Source: Gemmatimonadota bacterium
GTDB lineage: Bacteria; Gemmatimonadota; Gemmatimonadetes; Longimicrobiales; Gaopeijiaceae
Length of the DNA stretch: 64,000 nt
NCBI GenBank assembly: GCA_034521595.1
Contig: JAXHMG010000003.1
Location: forward strand, 1,920,001 to 1,984,000
Direction: 5' to 3'
Positions 10,603 to 21,340 of this stretch are shown in pieces (within the stretch, counting starts at the first letter, position 1; each line of letters opens with the position of its first letter). The notes under the pieces are model-generated. The model made no database searches. It saw only the letters and a program-made list of their open reading frames with translations, and was not told where the DNA came from. A program made the translations under genes and the position numbers.

Positions 10603-11570
10603 TCCTTCCGGTTCCTCGTGTTCGCGATGAATTCGTAGGTTTCGCGCAGCCCCTGCTCCAGCGTGTGCGCGGGCGCCCATCCACGGCTCCGCAGGAGTCC
10701 GGCGTCGAGCGTGCTGTGGCGAAGCTCACCGGGCCGCGCCGCCTGGTGCTCCCGCGGCTGCGACTCGCCGGCGATCCCTTCGAGCACCCCCGCGAGCTGG
10801 TTCACGCTGGTTCCGGCGCCCGTCCCGACGTTGAAGGCTCGGGCGTCGAGGCCCGCGGCCTCCCCATCGTCGAAGGTGAGCTCGGATACGGCCATGTTCG
10901 CGGCCACGACGTCGCGGACGTACACGTAGTCGCGGGTCTGCTCGCCGTCGCCGAACACGGTGAGGCGCTCTCCGTTCAGCAACCGGTTGCAGAAGATCGC
11001 CACTACACCGGCCTCTCCGTGCGGATCCTGGCGCGGCCCGAAGACGTTGGAGTAACGGAGCGCCACGTACTCGAGGCCCCGGATGCGCCGATAGTAGTTC
11101 AAGTAGTACTCACCCGTGAGCTTCGTGACCCCGTACGGCGAGAGCGGAAGCTTGGGCGCGCTCTCGGGCGTGGGGATCTCATCCGGCTCGCCGTAGACCA
11201 CGCCGCCGCTCGACACGTAGACCATACGGCTCGTCCCGACCTCGATGGCCGCCTCGGTCAGGTTGAGCAGCCCCTCCACGTTGATGCTGGCATCCTTCAG
11301 GGGGTCGGCGACCGACACGCGCACGTCGATCTGAGCCGCGTGGTGGTTGACGAGGTCGAAGCGCACCTCCCGAAACAGGTTGCGGATCGACGGGTCGCGG
11401 ATGTCCATCTCGACGAATTCCGCCCCGTCGGGCAGGTTCCGCCGGCTTCCCGAGGACAGGTCGTCCACGATCCAGACGGCGTCCCCGTTGGCGAGGTATG
11501 CATCGGCGACGTGGCTCCCGATGAATCCGGCGCCGCCGGTCACGAGAACGTTTCTCTTGGAGGACGTCAT
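10599..11570 (-). CDS. NAD-dependent epimerase (UDP-glucose 4-epimerase-like)
   Basis: VTGGAGFIGSH, YGVTK, GPRQDPHGEAGVV. Confidence 0.9.
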   Translation of the reverse strand: MTSSKRNVLVTGGAGFIGSHVADAYLANGDAVWIVDDLSSGSRRNLPDGAEFVEMDIRDPSIRNLFREVRFDLVNHHAAQIDVRVSVADPLKDASINVEGLLNLTEAAIEVGTSRMVYVSSGGVVYGEPDEIPTPESAPKLPLSPYGVTKLTGEYYLNYYRRIRGLEYVALRYSNVFGPRQDPHGEAGVVAIFCNRLLNGERLTVFGDGEQTRDYVYVRDVVAANMAVSELTFDDGEAAGLDARAFNVGTGAGTSVNQLAGVLEGIAGESQPREHQAARPGELRHSTLDAGLLRSRGWAPAHTLEQGLRETYEFIANTRNRKE

Positions 11571-11612
11571 GTGGCTTTCGGTACGAGGGTGGAAGAACAG
11601 TCTAAGTAAACG

Positions 11613-11646
11613 AGAGTCCCCGCCGGCGGGAACCGGCGGGGACTCT
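11613..11646 (-). terminator. Rho-independent terminator-like hairpin
   Basis: Perfect 14-bp stem AGAGTCCCCGCCGG/CCGGCGGGGACTCT, 6-nt loop, followed by CGTTTACTT on the minus strand, downstream of the LysM gene. Confidence 0.7.
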
Positions 11647-11690
11647 GTTCTAGCACGGGCTGCTAGGGGGACGAGGCGTCGCCCGACGAC

Positions 11691-12758
11691 TCACGGCATC
11701 TGTCGCACGAGCCGTACGATCACTCCCTGCCGGAAGACGTCGTCCGTGAGCGAGGTGATGCGGACCGTCGCCGCGGTCGGTTGCACGCTCACGACCTGGA
11801 GGCGACCCCGAACGTCCGTGCGCACCGCGTCGCCGTAGAGCACGAACTCGTCGCCCACGGTGATCCCGTGGTCACTCCCGAGATCGATGAAGCCGGCGTG
11901 ACCGATGGCCCGTATCGCGGCGGTGGTGGCGAAGCCCATGATCATGGCTTCCGGGCCGCCCGTCACCTCCTCGGCCCGCGCTCCCTGCGTCATGGAGTAC
12001 GACGGCAACGGACCGAGAAAGTCGCCGGCCTGAATACGACCGTACTCCTGCGTCACCACGCCCACGGCGGCGGTGTCGCTCACGGCCGTGACGGACACGA
12101 TCCCGGTGGGGACCACGACCTGGCCGACCTGCGGAATCGAGCGCGTGACCCGGAACGTCCGGAGGCGATCGCCCACCCGAACGGTCCCGTAGGTGTCGAG
12201 CGACACCTGATGGAACTGTCGGACGGTCGACCCCCGATCGGTATCCAGCGCGAACCCTCGGAGAACGCCCACGTGCTCGGGGTCACCCTGGAGGGGCCCC
12301 AGCCACGGCGCCGAGTAGACCTCGTTGACGTCGACCGCGACGTATTCCCGTTCCATCATCGCCACGACCGACACCTGCGGCGTCTGCTGGCGATAGAAGA
12401 TGGTTCGGTATTCCCCCTCTTCGGCCCGCTCGGCGGGTTCCGTTCGCGGCTCCGGCTCGGCGGGCTTCGGCTCACCGCCGCCGGGCGTGGGATCGGTTTC
12501 GACCGTGGTCGTCCGGTCGTCGGCCGGAAGCCCGGGAATGGTGAAAACCTGATCGGGATAGATCAAGTTCGGGTCGTCGATCTCCGAACGATTGGCCTCC
12601 CAGATGACCCGCCACTCCCAAGGATCGGAGTAGTACTGCTGCGCGAGATCCCACAACGTATCGTCATCGACGACCGTGTGAGAGCCCTGCGGCTCCTGAG
12701 CGAGCGCGAAAGCTGGAAGAATCAGCACGGCGATGACCGCCGCCGCCGAGCGAACCAT
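11691..12758 (-). CDS. LysM peptidoglycan-binding protein
   Basis: Signal peptide, HTVVDDDTLWDLAQQYY...NLIYPDQVFTIP. Confidence 0.9.
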   Translation of the reverse strand: MVRSAAAVIAVLILPAFALAQEPQGSHTVVDDDTLWDLAQQYYSDPWEWRVIWEANRSEIDDPNLIYPDQVFTIPGLPADDRTTTVETDPTPGGGEPKPAEPEPRTEPAERAEEGEYRTIFYRQQTPQVSVVAMMEREYVAVDVNEVYSAPWLGPLQGDPEHVGVLRGFALDTDRGSTVRQFHQVSLDTYGTVRVGDRLRTFRVTRSIPQVGQVVVPTGIVSVTAVSDTAAVGVVTQEYGRIQAGDFLGPLPSYSMTQGARAEEVTGGPEAMIMGFATTAAIRAIGHAGFIDLGSDHGITVGDEFVLYGDAVRTDVRGRLQVVSVQPTAATVRITSLTDDVFRQGVIVRLVRQMP

Positions 12759-12862
12759 ATGGGCTCCTTCGGCAAGTAGGAGAGGGCTTTTCACCCGGTG
12801 GACACTGCTCGAAGATACGCGGGCACACCACGCCCGGTCAACGAAGTTTTTCAGAATTGACT

Positions 12863-13552
12863 TCAAATGTTCCCCCCGAGCTCCCCCGAGAGCGACACGT
12901 AGCGCCCCCATCCGACCACCACGTGGTCGAGCACCGGGATCCCGACGGCCCGACCCGCGGCACCCAATTGCCGGGTCACGGCACGATCTTCCGCGGACGG
13001 CGTGGGATCTCCCGAAGGATGATTGTGAACCAGGATGACCCCCGCGGCGCCTTCCGCCACGGCGGGCCTGAACACCTCCCTCGGATGGATGAGGGACGCG
13101 TCGAGGATCCCCCGTGTCACCAGCACTTCCCGTACCACTCTATGCCGGGTGTTGAGCAAGATCGCGTGAAACTCCTCCTGGGGTAGATCCCGGAGCCGCG
13201 GGCCCATGCGCCGGAAGACGTCGTCGGGCCCCCGCACGGGCGTGCCCGGCTCGAGCTCCTCGGCGGCGGCCCTCCGTCCCAGCTCCAGCGCGGCGAGCAC
13301 CCGGCACGCGGTCGCGGTGCCGACACCCGGCACACCTTCCATTTCCCCGACGTCGAGGGCCGCCAGCCGTGCCAACGAGCCGCCCGCGTGGCGGGTGAGC
13401 CGCTCCGCCACGGCACCGGCCGAGCCGCCCGCGCTCCCACTCCCGACGAGGAGGGCGAGCAACTCGCCCAGCGCGAGGTGCCGCACGCCGGCTTGGCGCA
13501 GCCGCTCACGGGGGCGCTCGGAGGCCGAAGCCGGAGAGGAGGATCGAGTCAT
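12863..13552 (-). CDS. radC: RadC family JAB-domain protein
   Basis: RPRERL, HPREVF, HNHPSGDPTPSAED, LDHVVV. Confidence 0.95.
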   Translation of the reverse strand: MTRSSSPASASERPRERLRQAGVRHLALGELLALLVGSGSAGGSAGAVAERLTRHAGGSLARLAALDVGEMEGVPGVGTATACRVLAALELGRRAAAEELEPGTPVRGPDDVFRRMGPRLRDLPQEEFHAILLNTRHRVVREVLVTRGILDASLIHPREVFRPAVAEGAAGVILVHNHPSGDPTPSAEDRAVTRQLGAAGRAVGIPVLDHVVVGWGRYVSLSGELGGNI

Positions 13553-13648
13553 GCTCCAGGATCGCGGGGTCGCGAGGGCGCAGCCATGTCGCCACGGGAC
13601 GCGTGGCCGGATCGAGGCGCGAGCCGGCCGCGAGACCCCGACGCCACG

Positions 13649-14116
13649 TCACGCGATCACGAGCTCCATGACGCGAGCATCCTCCCGTGGCTCGCGGTAG
13701 TAGCCGCGCCGCCGCCCCACCTCTCGGAACCCGGAGCGCTCGTAGAGCGTCAACGCGGCCGCGTTGGAGTCGCGGACCTCGAGATACAGGCTCGTCACGC
13801 CCCGCTCGCGACAGGCGTCGACAACGTGGTCCAGGAGCCGGCTGCCCAAGCCGCATCCCCGTAGATCGGGACGGATCGCGATATTGGCGAGCTCCCCCTG
13901 ATCCAGGATGCACCACAGGACGGCGTATCCCAGGATCCCCGCCTCGGGATCCTCCAGGACGAGGAGCACGAGACCGTCCCGGCCGACGAGTCCCTCGAAC
14001 GTGTCCGCCTTCCAGGGCGTGTTGAACGCTTCCTTCTCGATGGCGACCACGTCGGAGACGTCCGTCCGGGTCATCGGACGGATCACGGCGTGCGGGTGCG
14101 AGGCTATGCGCTCCAT
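13649..14116 (-). CDS. rimI: Ribosomal protein alanine N-acetyltransferase
   Basis: LYLEVRDSNAAALTLYERSGF...RRGYY; follows tsaB. Confidence 0.92.
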   Translation of the reverse strand: MERIASHPHAVIRPMTRTDVSDVVAIEKEAFNTPWKADTFEGLVGRDGLVLLVLEDPEAGILGYAVLWCILDQGELANIAIRPDLRGCGLGSRLLDHVVDACRERGVTSLYLEVRDSNAAALTLYERSGFREVGRRRGYYREPREDARVMELVIA

Positions 14117-14817
14117 AGGCGCTCGGCACTGGACGCGCGAACGTACCGGGGCTCCCACGCCGTGGGGTCGTCGACCGGGGAGGCCCCTCCCAACCCAGCG
14201 CACCGCAGAAGGCCCACGGCCGGGGTGACACGCTCGTCTTGCTCGTCGTCGGGGGCCACCTCGAAGCCCGCCTCTCCCAGCGCCACCCGGTGCTTCGCCG
14301 CGCCCGTCCCCAGGAACACGGCGCCCTCCGGCACGGACGCTCCGAGCACGTCGCCGAGCTGCCCCGGATGCGGTGCGACGAGCTCTTCGAGCGCCTCCTC
14401 GTCCACCCGGTAGCACGCACCGTAGACGCGGTCGCCCCGGGCGTCGAAGAGGACGTACCGGACGTCCGGCCCGGACCACCCGAGCGTGAGCGCCACGGCC
14501 GCGAGGCTCGAGATGGGACGCAGCGGGATCCCCGCCGAGAACGACAGGCCCTTGGCCGTCGCCGCGGCCACGCGGACCCCCGTGAACGAGCCCGGTCCCT
14601 CACCGACCACGATCCCTCCCAAGGCCCCCACCGACACGCCCGCCTCCCGGAGCACCGCGTCGATGGTGGGCAGGAGGCGCGCCGCGTGCTCCTTGCGCTC
14701 GGGGAGCGCCGCGACGGCGAGCACTTCGCCCGAGCGTCGCGGCCCGGCGCCGCCGACCGCCACCGACCCGTGCGCCCCGGAGGTGTCGAACGCCAGCAGA
14801 GGGGCTCCGGCGCTCAC
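14104..14817 (-). CDS. tsaB: tRNA t6A biosynthesis protein TsaB
   Basis: LAFDTS, GEGPGSFTGVRV, DARGDRVY. Confidence 0.93.
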   Translation of the reverse strand: MSAGAPLLAFDTSGAHGSVAVGGAGPRRSGEVLAVAALPERKEHAARLLPTIDAVLREAGVSVGALGGIVVGEGPGSFTGVRVAAATAKGLSFSAGIPLRPISSLAAVALTLGWSGPDVRYVLFDARGDRVYGACYRVDEEALEELVAPHPGQLGDVLGASVPEGAVFLGTGAAKHRVALGEAGFEVAPDDEQDERVTPAVGLLRCAGLGGASPVDDPTAWEPRYVRASSAERLWSA

Positions 14818-15284
14818 CGCTCTCCTCGCGCCAGGGTCATCGGGAACCCGGGCAGCGGGTGCGGAGCGCCGACGCGCTGCACTTCCACGTCCCGCAGCCT
14901 GCGGTCTCCGGGGGTCACCGCCAAGCGGACACGCCAGTGATCCTCGGGCATCAGAGCCTCCGCCTGCTCCGGCCACTCGACCAGGACGATCTCGGGCCGG
15001 CTCCCGAGCTCCGCCCATCCGAGCTCCCAGACTTCGTCGGGCTCCGAAATGCGGTAGAGGTCGAGATGCACGACCGCGCCCCCGGAGGGGAGCTCGTACC
15101 GGAGGAGGAGGTTGAAGGTGGGGGAGGGCATGGGCGCCTCCACCCCCGCTCCTTGCCCGATCGCTCGGGCGAGCACGGACTTGCCGGCTCCGAGCGGGCC
15201 CTCGAGAGCGATGACGACGGGGGGCTCGATATCCTGACCGATGCTGCGGCCCCAGCGGACGAGATCGGTTTCGTTCAGGCGCAT
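14814..15284 (-). CDS. tsaE: tRNA t6A biosynthesis ATPase TsaE
   Basis: GPLGAGKS, SPTFNL, HLDLYR, VEWP. Confidence 0.95.
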   Translation of the reverse strand: MRLNETDLVRWGRSIGQDIEPPVVIALEGPLGAGKSVLARAIGQGAGVEAPMPSPTFNLLLRYELPSGGAVVHLDLYRISEPDEVWELGWAELGSRPEIVLVEWPEQAEALMPEDHWRVRLAVTPGDRRLRDVEVQRVGAPHPLPGFPMTLARGER

Positions 15285-15351
15285 GTGATGCTCGAGATGG
15301 TACGATGGTTCTCGGCACGGGCGGTCACGTACACGGGGAATATAACCGTCG

Positions 15352-15966
15352 TCAGCGGCGATACAGCCCTCGGGCGCGGATCGACCGGGCGACGCCTTCC
15401 GGCACCGAGCCGGCGGGGTCCTCGCCCCGGGCCACGGCTTCCCGGACCGCGGTCGACGAGACGTCCACGGCTCGAACCGGCACGAAGACGGTCGCGTCCC
15501 GGAGCCCCGGAACCGCTTCCGCGACATCGGGCGCGAAGACGCGCGCGGGCGTCTCGTCCCGGTCCATGACGGCGAGCCGGGCGGCCGCCACGATACGCTC
15601 GGGGTCCCGCCACCGTCCAAACTGCTCGAACTGGTCGGCTCCGAGGATCAGGAAGAGCTCCGCGTCGGGGAAGTCCCCGCGGATCGCCTCGAGGGTGTCG
15701 GCGGTGTACGACGGCGGCGGTCGCTCGAGCTCGCGGGTATCGACCTCGAAGCGGGGGTCGAGCGCGGCCGCCCGGCGCACCATCTCGAGGCGCACCTCGG
15801 GCGGCGACGTCTCCTCACGCTGCTTGAACGGGGAAACCCGGGCGGGCACCCACAGCACGCGGTCGAGCGAGAGGTGGTCGGCGACGTCGGCGGCGACGTG
15901 GACGTGTCCCACGTGGGGTGGGTCGAACGTGCCGCCGAAGACCCCGACGCGCGGGGTGGTGCTCAC
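15352..15966 (-). CDS. nadD: Nicotinate-nucleotide adenylyltransferase
   Basis: GGTFDPPHVGH, SYTADTL, LGAD, VSSTAVR. Confidence 0.95.
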   Translation of the reverse strand: MSTTPRVGVFGGTFDPPHVGHVHVAADVADHLSLDRVLWVPARVSPFKQREETSPPEVRLEMVRRAAALDPRFEVDTRELERPPPSYTADTLEAIRGDFPDAELFLILGADQFEQFGRWRDPERIVAAARLAVMDRDETPARVFAPDVAEAVPGLRDATVFVPVRAVDVSSTAVREAVARGEDPAGSVPEGVARSIRARGLYRR

Positions 15967-15975
15967 GCCCGTCGC

Positions 15976-16719
15976 TCAGATCCGGCCGTCATCCGTGCGC
16001 AGCTCGTCCGCCGCGGGTGACTCGGGATAGCGCGCGAGCAGCCGCTCGCGGGCCTCGTCCGCGAGGTCGTCGTACCCGATCTGCGTGTTGGCTTCGTAGA
16101 TGCCGAGCAGCGCCCGCGGAGCGAACTCGGACTCGGGATAGCGGTCGAGCACGAACTCGAAATACTTGATCGCCGAATCCGGGAGGTCCCGGCTCAGGTA
16201 GAACTGCCCGTTGAGATAGTCCTTCTCGGCCAGCTTCGCGCGCATCTCCTGCGCGTGCTCGGCGGCCTCTTCGGCCTGCGAGGTCCCCGCGAAGTCGGAG
16301 GCCATGTTCGAGCACTCGGTCAGCGCCCGCCGGGTGTACGTCTGATCCCGCTCGGGCCGCGGAGAGAGCTCGGCATAGGAGCGGCACCGCCCCAGCGCGG
16401 CCTCCGGAGCCCGCGGGTGGCCGGGATAGCGGTCGAGGAACCGGCGGTACTCGGACGCGGCGGTGAGGTATTCCTCCTTCTCGTACCGCATGTCGGCCAG
16501 CAGCAGCCGGGCGTCGGGGACGCCGGACCAATCGCCGTAGGCCAGGAGGAGCCGGTCGAGCGTCCGGATCGCGTTGTCGTGCTCCTCTTCGACCGCTTCG
16601 TCCTGCGCCATGCGGAAGAGCGCCGGGGCGTCCATCCCCTGGTAGATGTTCGATGAGCCTCCGCATCCGGCGATGAAGATCAGGAGAACGAGCGGAGCAT
16701 GTCGTATTTGAATCGGCAA
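15976..16719 (-). CDS. bamD: Outer-membrane assembly factor BamD
   Basis: Lipobox IAGC, TPRs, RDQTYT, KLAEKD; start codon uncertain. Confidence 0.88.
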   Translation of the reverse strand: MPIQIRHAPLVLLIFIAGCGGSSNIYQGMDAPALFRMAQDEAVEEEHDNAIRTLDRLLLAYGDWSGVPDARLLLADMRYEKEEYLTAASEYRRFLDRYPGHPRAPEAALGRCRSYAELSPRPERDQTYTRRALTECSNMASDFAGTSQAEEAAEHAQEMRAKLAEKDYLNGQFYLSRDLPDSAIKYFEFVLDRYPESEFAPRALLGIYEANTQIGYDDLADEARERLLARYPESPAADELRTDDGRI

Positions 16720-16753
16720 GGTGAAGCCTGTATACGGTAGATCGTGGCCGGGC

Positions 16754-17728
16754 TCAACGGCACCGGCCACCACGAAGATGTTCGAGACCGCGCCCGAAGC
16801 GGATCTCGTCGAATGCCGCCTGGGCCCGGTCGACGAGCGAGCCGGCTTGGTCGGTGTAGCGGACCTGGGCGTATGCTTCCATCGCTTGCTCGCAGCGCCC
16901 CAGGTCGGCCAGCGTCTCCCCTTTCTCGAACCAGGCGCGCGCCTGGATGTTCCGGGGCTCGCCGACCTCCAGCGCCCGGTCGAGCAGGACGATGGCGCGC
17001 TCCATCTCCTCCTCTCCGGCGTCCGGACCCTCCAGGAGCTCCTCGGCGACGTTGAATGCGCACGTGCCGATATACCAGTCGACCTCGCCCCGCTCCCAAG
17101 GGCGCGCCCGCGCCCGGAACCGCTCGAAGAACACGAGCGCCCGCTCGCAGTCTCCGATCTCTTCGTACGCCTGTCCGACCTCGAAGACGATCTCGGGGGT
17201 CGAGTCACGCATCTCGCTCATGGCGACCTGATAGAACGGGAGGGCCTGACCGTACTCGCCGCTCTCGAAGTAGTGGCGGGCGAGCGGAAGGGCCAGGTCC
17301 GTCACTCCCACGGCGGGCTCCAGGTCGAGGGCCGTCTCCACGGCGGTCGCCATGGCGAAGGCGTCCCCGCTCTGGTGGGCGTTTCGCGCGAGCCGCATGA
17401 GGTCGGAAACCGCCTGACCGACGTACGAGGAGTCGACCGCGACCGCGTTGGCGTAGTTCTGACCCGCGTCGTCGACGCGGCCGAGACGGGCGTACGTGTG
17501 CGCCACGCGGGCATGGATCTCCGCATCGTCCGAGCTCTGGCGCATGGCGAGCCGGTACTCCGCGAGCGCTTCGTCGGTCCGTCCCGTGGCGAACGCGATG
17601 TCGCCGCGTTGGATGGCGTTCTGCTCGTCGCCGGGGGCGCACGCCGTGAGCGATGCGGTCGCGGCCATGGCCACGACCATCACCAGCCGCACGATCGACG
17701 GTCCGATCCCTTCGTTGGTTCCTCTCAC
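16754..17728 (-). CDS. TPR lipoprotein
   Basis: Lipobox LTAC followed by TPR-like helical repeats. Confidence 0.75.
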   Translation of the reverse strand: MRGTNEGIGPSIVRLVMVVAMAATASLTACAPGDEQNAIQRGDIAFATGRTDEALAEYRLAMRQSSDDAEIHARVAHTYARLGRVDDAGQNYANAVAVDSSYVGQAVSDLMRLARNAHQSGDAFAMATAVETALDLEPAVGVTDLALPLARHYFESGEYGQALPFYQVAMSEMRDSTPEIVFEVGQAYEEIGDCERALVFFERFRARARPWERGEVDWYIGTCAFNVAEELLEGPDAGEEEMERAIVLLDRALEVGEPRNIQARAWFEKGETLADLGRCEQAMEAYAQVRYTDQAGSLVDRAQAAFDEIRFGRGLEHLRGGRCR

Positions 17729-18486
17729 GCTTCAGCCTCCCTGGCGCCGCCCGGCCGCTCGGCGACGGAAAGCGGCTCGTGCACGCCGACCGACGCGAGA
17801 TAGGCCCGGGGACGCATGTCCGACGGATCGTCCTTCATGCAACGCCGCCACTCGTGGATGGCGCGGTCGACGTCGTCGAGCTTCCGGAGCACGACACCGA
17901 GACGCACCCGCGCTCCCACGAATTCCGGGCGGGACTCGAGAATCGCCTCCAGCTCGGTACGAGCCGTCTCGTAGTCCTCGAGCTCGATGAGCGCCTCGGC
18001 GTACTTGCTCCGGATATCCACGAACCGGGGCCGCACCCCGAGCGCGGTCCGGTAGTGCTCCATGGCCTCCCGCGGCCGCTCGGCGACGAGGTACAGGTCG
18101 CCGAGCTGGGCGTGGGTCACGGCGATCCGGTTCCCCACTTCCGAGGGGAAGACGCGCGAGTCCCGACGATCGAGCTCGTCGGCCCTGGTGAAGGCCTGCT
18201 GAGCCTCCTCGTGGCGACCGAGCTCGTTGAGCACGATGCCCCGGTTCAGGTGGGCTTCGGCGTAGGCCGGATTCTCCTCGAGGGCGGAGTCGAAGTGCTC
18301 GAGCGCCTCCTCGAAGCGACCGAGCATGGCCAGGCAGAGCCCGGTCTTGTTGCGCACGTCCGCGAAGCGCGGAAACTCGGCCAACACGTCGAGGAACGTC
18401 TCGAGCGCCGACTCGTAGTCTTCGCGCTCCCAGGCGCTGACCCCGCGCGCGACCATCTGCCGCGCATGTCTCGAATCGCCTGTCAT
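17725..18486 (-). CDS. TPR protein
   Basis: NPAYAEAHLNRGIVL-type repeats. Confidence 0.85.
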   Translation of the reverse strand: MTGDSRHARQMVARGVSAWEREDYESALETFLDVLAEFPRFADVRNKTGLCLAMLGRFEEALEHFDSALEENPAYAEAHLNRGIVLNELGRHEEAQQAFTRADELDRRDSRVFPSEVGNRIAVTHAQLGDLYLVAERPREAMEHYRTALGVRPRFVDIRSKYAEALIELEDYETARTELEAILESRPEFVGARVRLGVVLRKLDDVDRAIHEWRRCMKDDPSDMRPRAYLASVGVHEPLSVAERPGGAREAEA

Positions 18487-18623
18487 GCCGACCGTCAGCC
18501 CCTCCCTATTGCCTTTGCGCGAGCGCCTCGCCGAGGTGCCCGCTCGCCACCGCCTTCGATGATAACCCTACGAGCGTACGAGTTCCCGAAACGACCTCGT
18601 CCATGTGCCGTCAGCTCATGCCG

Positions 18624-19583
18624 TCAGATGGTCCGGGCGCGCGCGTCGTTCCGCTCGAGCTGCTCGCGGAAATAGGGGATCGTGCGTCGGATCCCCTCCC
18701 GGAGCTGCACCTCCGGCTCCCATCCCAGCACATCCCGGGCCACGGTGATGTCGGGCTTGCGCACCTTCGGGTCGTCGGAGGGGAGCGGAAGCGCCTCGAC
18801 CCCCGCGTCGCTCCCGGCCTCCTCGAGCACGATCTCGGCGAGCTCGCGCACGGTGAACTCGTTGGGATTGCCGATGTTGGTCGGCTCCACCCGCTCGGAG
18901 TGGAAGAGTCGGTAGATCCCGTCGACCTCGTCCGAGACGTAGCAGAACGAGCGCGTCTGGCTGCCGTCGCCGTAAATCGTGAGCGACTCGCCGCGCAACG
19001 CCTGCATGATGAAGTTGGACACCACGCGGCCGTCCCCGGGACGCATGGACGGCCCGTAGGTGTTGAAGATGCGCACGATCCGGGTGTCGACGCCGTGGTA
19101 CCGGTGGTACGCCATGGTCATCGCCTCGGCGAAGCGCTTGGCCTCGTCGTAGACGCCGCGGAGCCCGACCGGGTTCACGTTGCCCCAGTACGTCTCGGGC
19201 TGCGGGTGGACGAGCGGATCGCCGTAGACCTCGGACGTCGATGCCAGCAGGAAGCGCGCCCCCTTGGCGAGCGCGATCCCGAGCGCGTGGTGCGTCCCCA
19301 GGCTCCCGACCTTCAGCGTCTGGATGGGCATGTCCAGGTAGTCGACCGGACTCGCGGGCGAAGCGAAGTGGAGGACCCCGTCGATCTCCTCGTCGAGGAA
19401 GAGGGGGTTGGAGATGTCGTGCTCGACGAGGGTGAAGCGGTCGTTGCGCGAGAGGGTGTCGATGTTCTCGTGCGAGCCGGTGACGAAGTTGTCGACCCCG
19501 ACCACCTCGTGCCCGTCGGCGAGAAATCGCTCGGCGAGATGAGAGCCGAGAAAGCCGGCCGCGCCCGTCAGCAGGATGCGCAC
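18624..19583 (-). CDS. UDP-glucuronate decarboxylase (UDP-xylose synthase)
   Basis: [44 protein letters not shown]. Confidence 0.93.
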   Translation of the reverse strand: MRILLTGAAGFLGSHLAERFLADGHEVVGVDNFVTGSHENIDTLSRNDRFTLVEHDISNPLFLDEEIDGVLHFASPASPVDYLDMPIQTLKVGSLGTHHALGIALAKGARFLLASTSEVYGDPLVHPQPETYWGNVNPVGLRGVYDEAKRFAEAMTMAYHRYHGVDTRIVRIFNTYGPSMRPGDGRVVSNFIMQALRGESLTIYGDGSQTRSFCYVSDEVDGIYRLFHSERVEPTNIGNPNEFTVRELAEIVLEEAGSDAGVEALPLPSDDPKVRKPDITVARDVLGWEPEVQLREGIRRTIPYFREQLERNDARARTI

Positions 19584-19585
19584 GG

Positions 19586-20935
19586 TCAGCTCCGGGGCTC
19601 GGTCGGCATGCCGTCGGGATCCGGCATCACACGCGACCGGCCGATGCTGTGGTACTCGAAGCCGTGCCCGCGCATGATCTCGGGATCGTACAGGTTGCGT
19701 CCGTCGAACACGAGCGGGGTGGCCATCGCCTCGCGCATGCGCTCGAAGTCGGGCCGGCGATAGGGGTGCCACTCCGTGTGGATCACCAGGGCGTCCGCGC
19801 CGTCGAGCGCCTCGTAGTTGACCGCGACGTACTCGATGTCGTCGCCGAGGTGGTGCTCACGGGCTTCGTCGATGGCGACCGGGTCGTGCGCGACCACGCG
19901 GGCTCCGGCCGCGAGCAGCCCGCGGATCGTGACGAGGCTCGGCGCCTCGCGCATGTCGTCGGTGTTCGGCTTGAAGGACAGGCCCCACACAGCGACCGTG
20001 CGCCCCGAGAGGTCCTCGCCGAGGCGGGTCAGTAGACGGCCCAGCATGGTGGCCTTCTGCCGGTCGTTGACCTCGTCGACGGACTGGAGGATCGAAGCGT
20101 CGGCCCCGAGCTCGGCCATGGTCCGGGCGAGCGCCTTCACGTCCTTCGGGAAGCACGAGCCGCCGTAGCCGATGCCCGGGAAGAGGAAGCTCATGCCGAT
20201 GCGGTCGTCGCTGCCCACGCCCTGCCGCACTTTCTCGATGTCCGCGCCCGTACGCTCGCAGAGTTGGGCGATGGAGTTCATGAAGCTGATGCGCGTGGCG
20301 AGCATCGAGTTCGCGGCGTACTTCGTGATCTCCGCCGAGGGGACGTCCATGATCAGGATCTGATGGCCCTGCCGCACGAACGGGCTGTAGAGGTGCCGCA
20401 GGGTCTCGGCGGCCTTCTCGGAGTCCACGCCGAGCACGACGCGATCCGGCTTCATGAAGTCGTCGATCGCCGCGCCCTCTTTCAGGAACTCGGGGTTGGA
20501 GCAGACGTGCACGGGAATGTCCGTCTCGGCCTCGATCGCGTCACGCACCCGCTTCGCCGTGCCGACCGGTACCGTGCTCTTGGTGATGACGATCTTCTCG
20601 TCCTGCATCGCCTTCCCGATGGTTTCGGCGACCTTCAGCACGTACCGGAGGTCGGCCGAGCCGTCCTCGCCCGGAGGGGTGCCCACGGCGATGAAGATCA
20701 CGTCGGAGCGGCGCACGGCGTCGGCCACGTCGGTCGTGAAGACGAGGCGGCCCGCTTCGAGGTTGTTCTCGATGAGCGGCTCGAGACCTGGCTCGTAGAT
20801 CGGCACGCCGCCGCTGTTGAGCAGGTCGACCTTCTTCCGGTCGATATCCGCACAGATCACGTCGTTGCCGGACTCCGCGAAGCACGCTCCCGCGACCAGT
20901 CCCACGTAACCCGTTCCGATGACGGCGATCTTCAT
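19586..20935 (-). CDS. ugd: UDP-glucose 6-dehydrogenase
   Basis: [34 protein letters not shown]. Confidence 0.95.
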   Translation of the reverse strand: MKIAVIGTGYVGLVAGACFAESGNDVICADIDRKKVDLLNSGGVPIYEPGLEPLIENNLEAGRLVFTTDVADAVRRSDVIFIAVGTPPGEDGSADLRYVLKVAETIGKAMQDEKIVITKSTVPVGTAKRVRDAIEAETDIPVHVCSNPEFLKEGAAIDDFMKPDRVVLGVDSEKAAETLRHLYSPFVRQGHQILIMDVPSAEITKYAANSMLATRISFMNSIAQLCERTGADIEKVRQGVGSDDRIGMSFLFPGIGYGGSCFPKDVKALARTMAELGADASILQSVDEVNDRQKATMLGRLLTRLGEDLSGRTVAVWGLSFKPNTDDMREAPSLVTIRGLLAAGARVVAHDPVAIDEAREHHLGDDIEYVAVNYEALDGADALVIHTEWHPYRRPDFERMREAMATPLVFDGRNLYDPEIMRGHGFEYHSIGRSRVMPDPDGMPTEPRS

Positions 20936-20956
20936 GATGTCGAGGCCCTCTCCTGT

Positions 20957-20994
20957 CTCGTTGTGCCTTGTTGGACTCGTGGTGCCTTGTTGGG
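20957..20994. repeat. 19-bp tandem repeat in the ugd leader
   Basis: CTCGTTGTGCCTTGTTGGA followed by CTCGTGGTGCCTTGTTGGG (17/19 identical). Confidence 0.8.
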
Positions 20995-21340
20995 CAAGGA
21001 TCGGCGGCGAGGACCACCCCGGCGGCATTCAAGCTCGTAAGGTAGCCCTGTGGGCGGGTTGCGCAGAGGGGGGGTGGGGGATCGATCCGTCCCATCCAGG
21101 CATGGACGGATTTGGAGCCGTGGAGTGGAGGAGGTCCGGGACGCGGAGCTCAGAGCCGCCCTGAAGCCCTTGATGGGGCCCTCACCGACCTCGGAAGCGC
21201 GAGCGCTGGTCCGAAGACCTCGAACGACGGTTTCAGCCCGTCGTGAGTGGCCCAGGAGGTGCGCGCGCCGGCCCATATATTTCGGGGGTAAATCACTGCA
21301 CCGAATGTGGTTAGGGCGCTCGCACGAGAGGAGAGACACG

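Noticed and set aside
12863-13552. radC as a marker of a mobile element
   Set aside because: Full-length chromosomal type with host codon usage, inside a housekeeping run.
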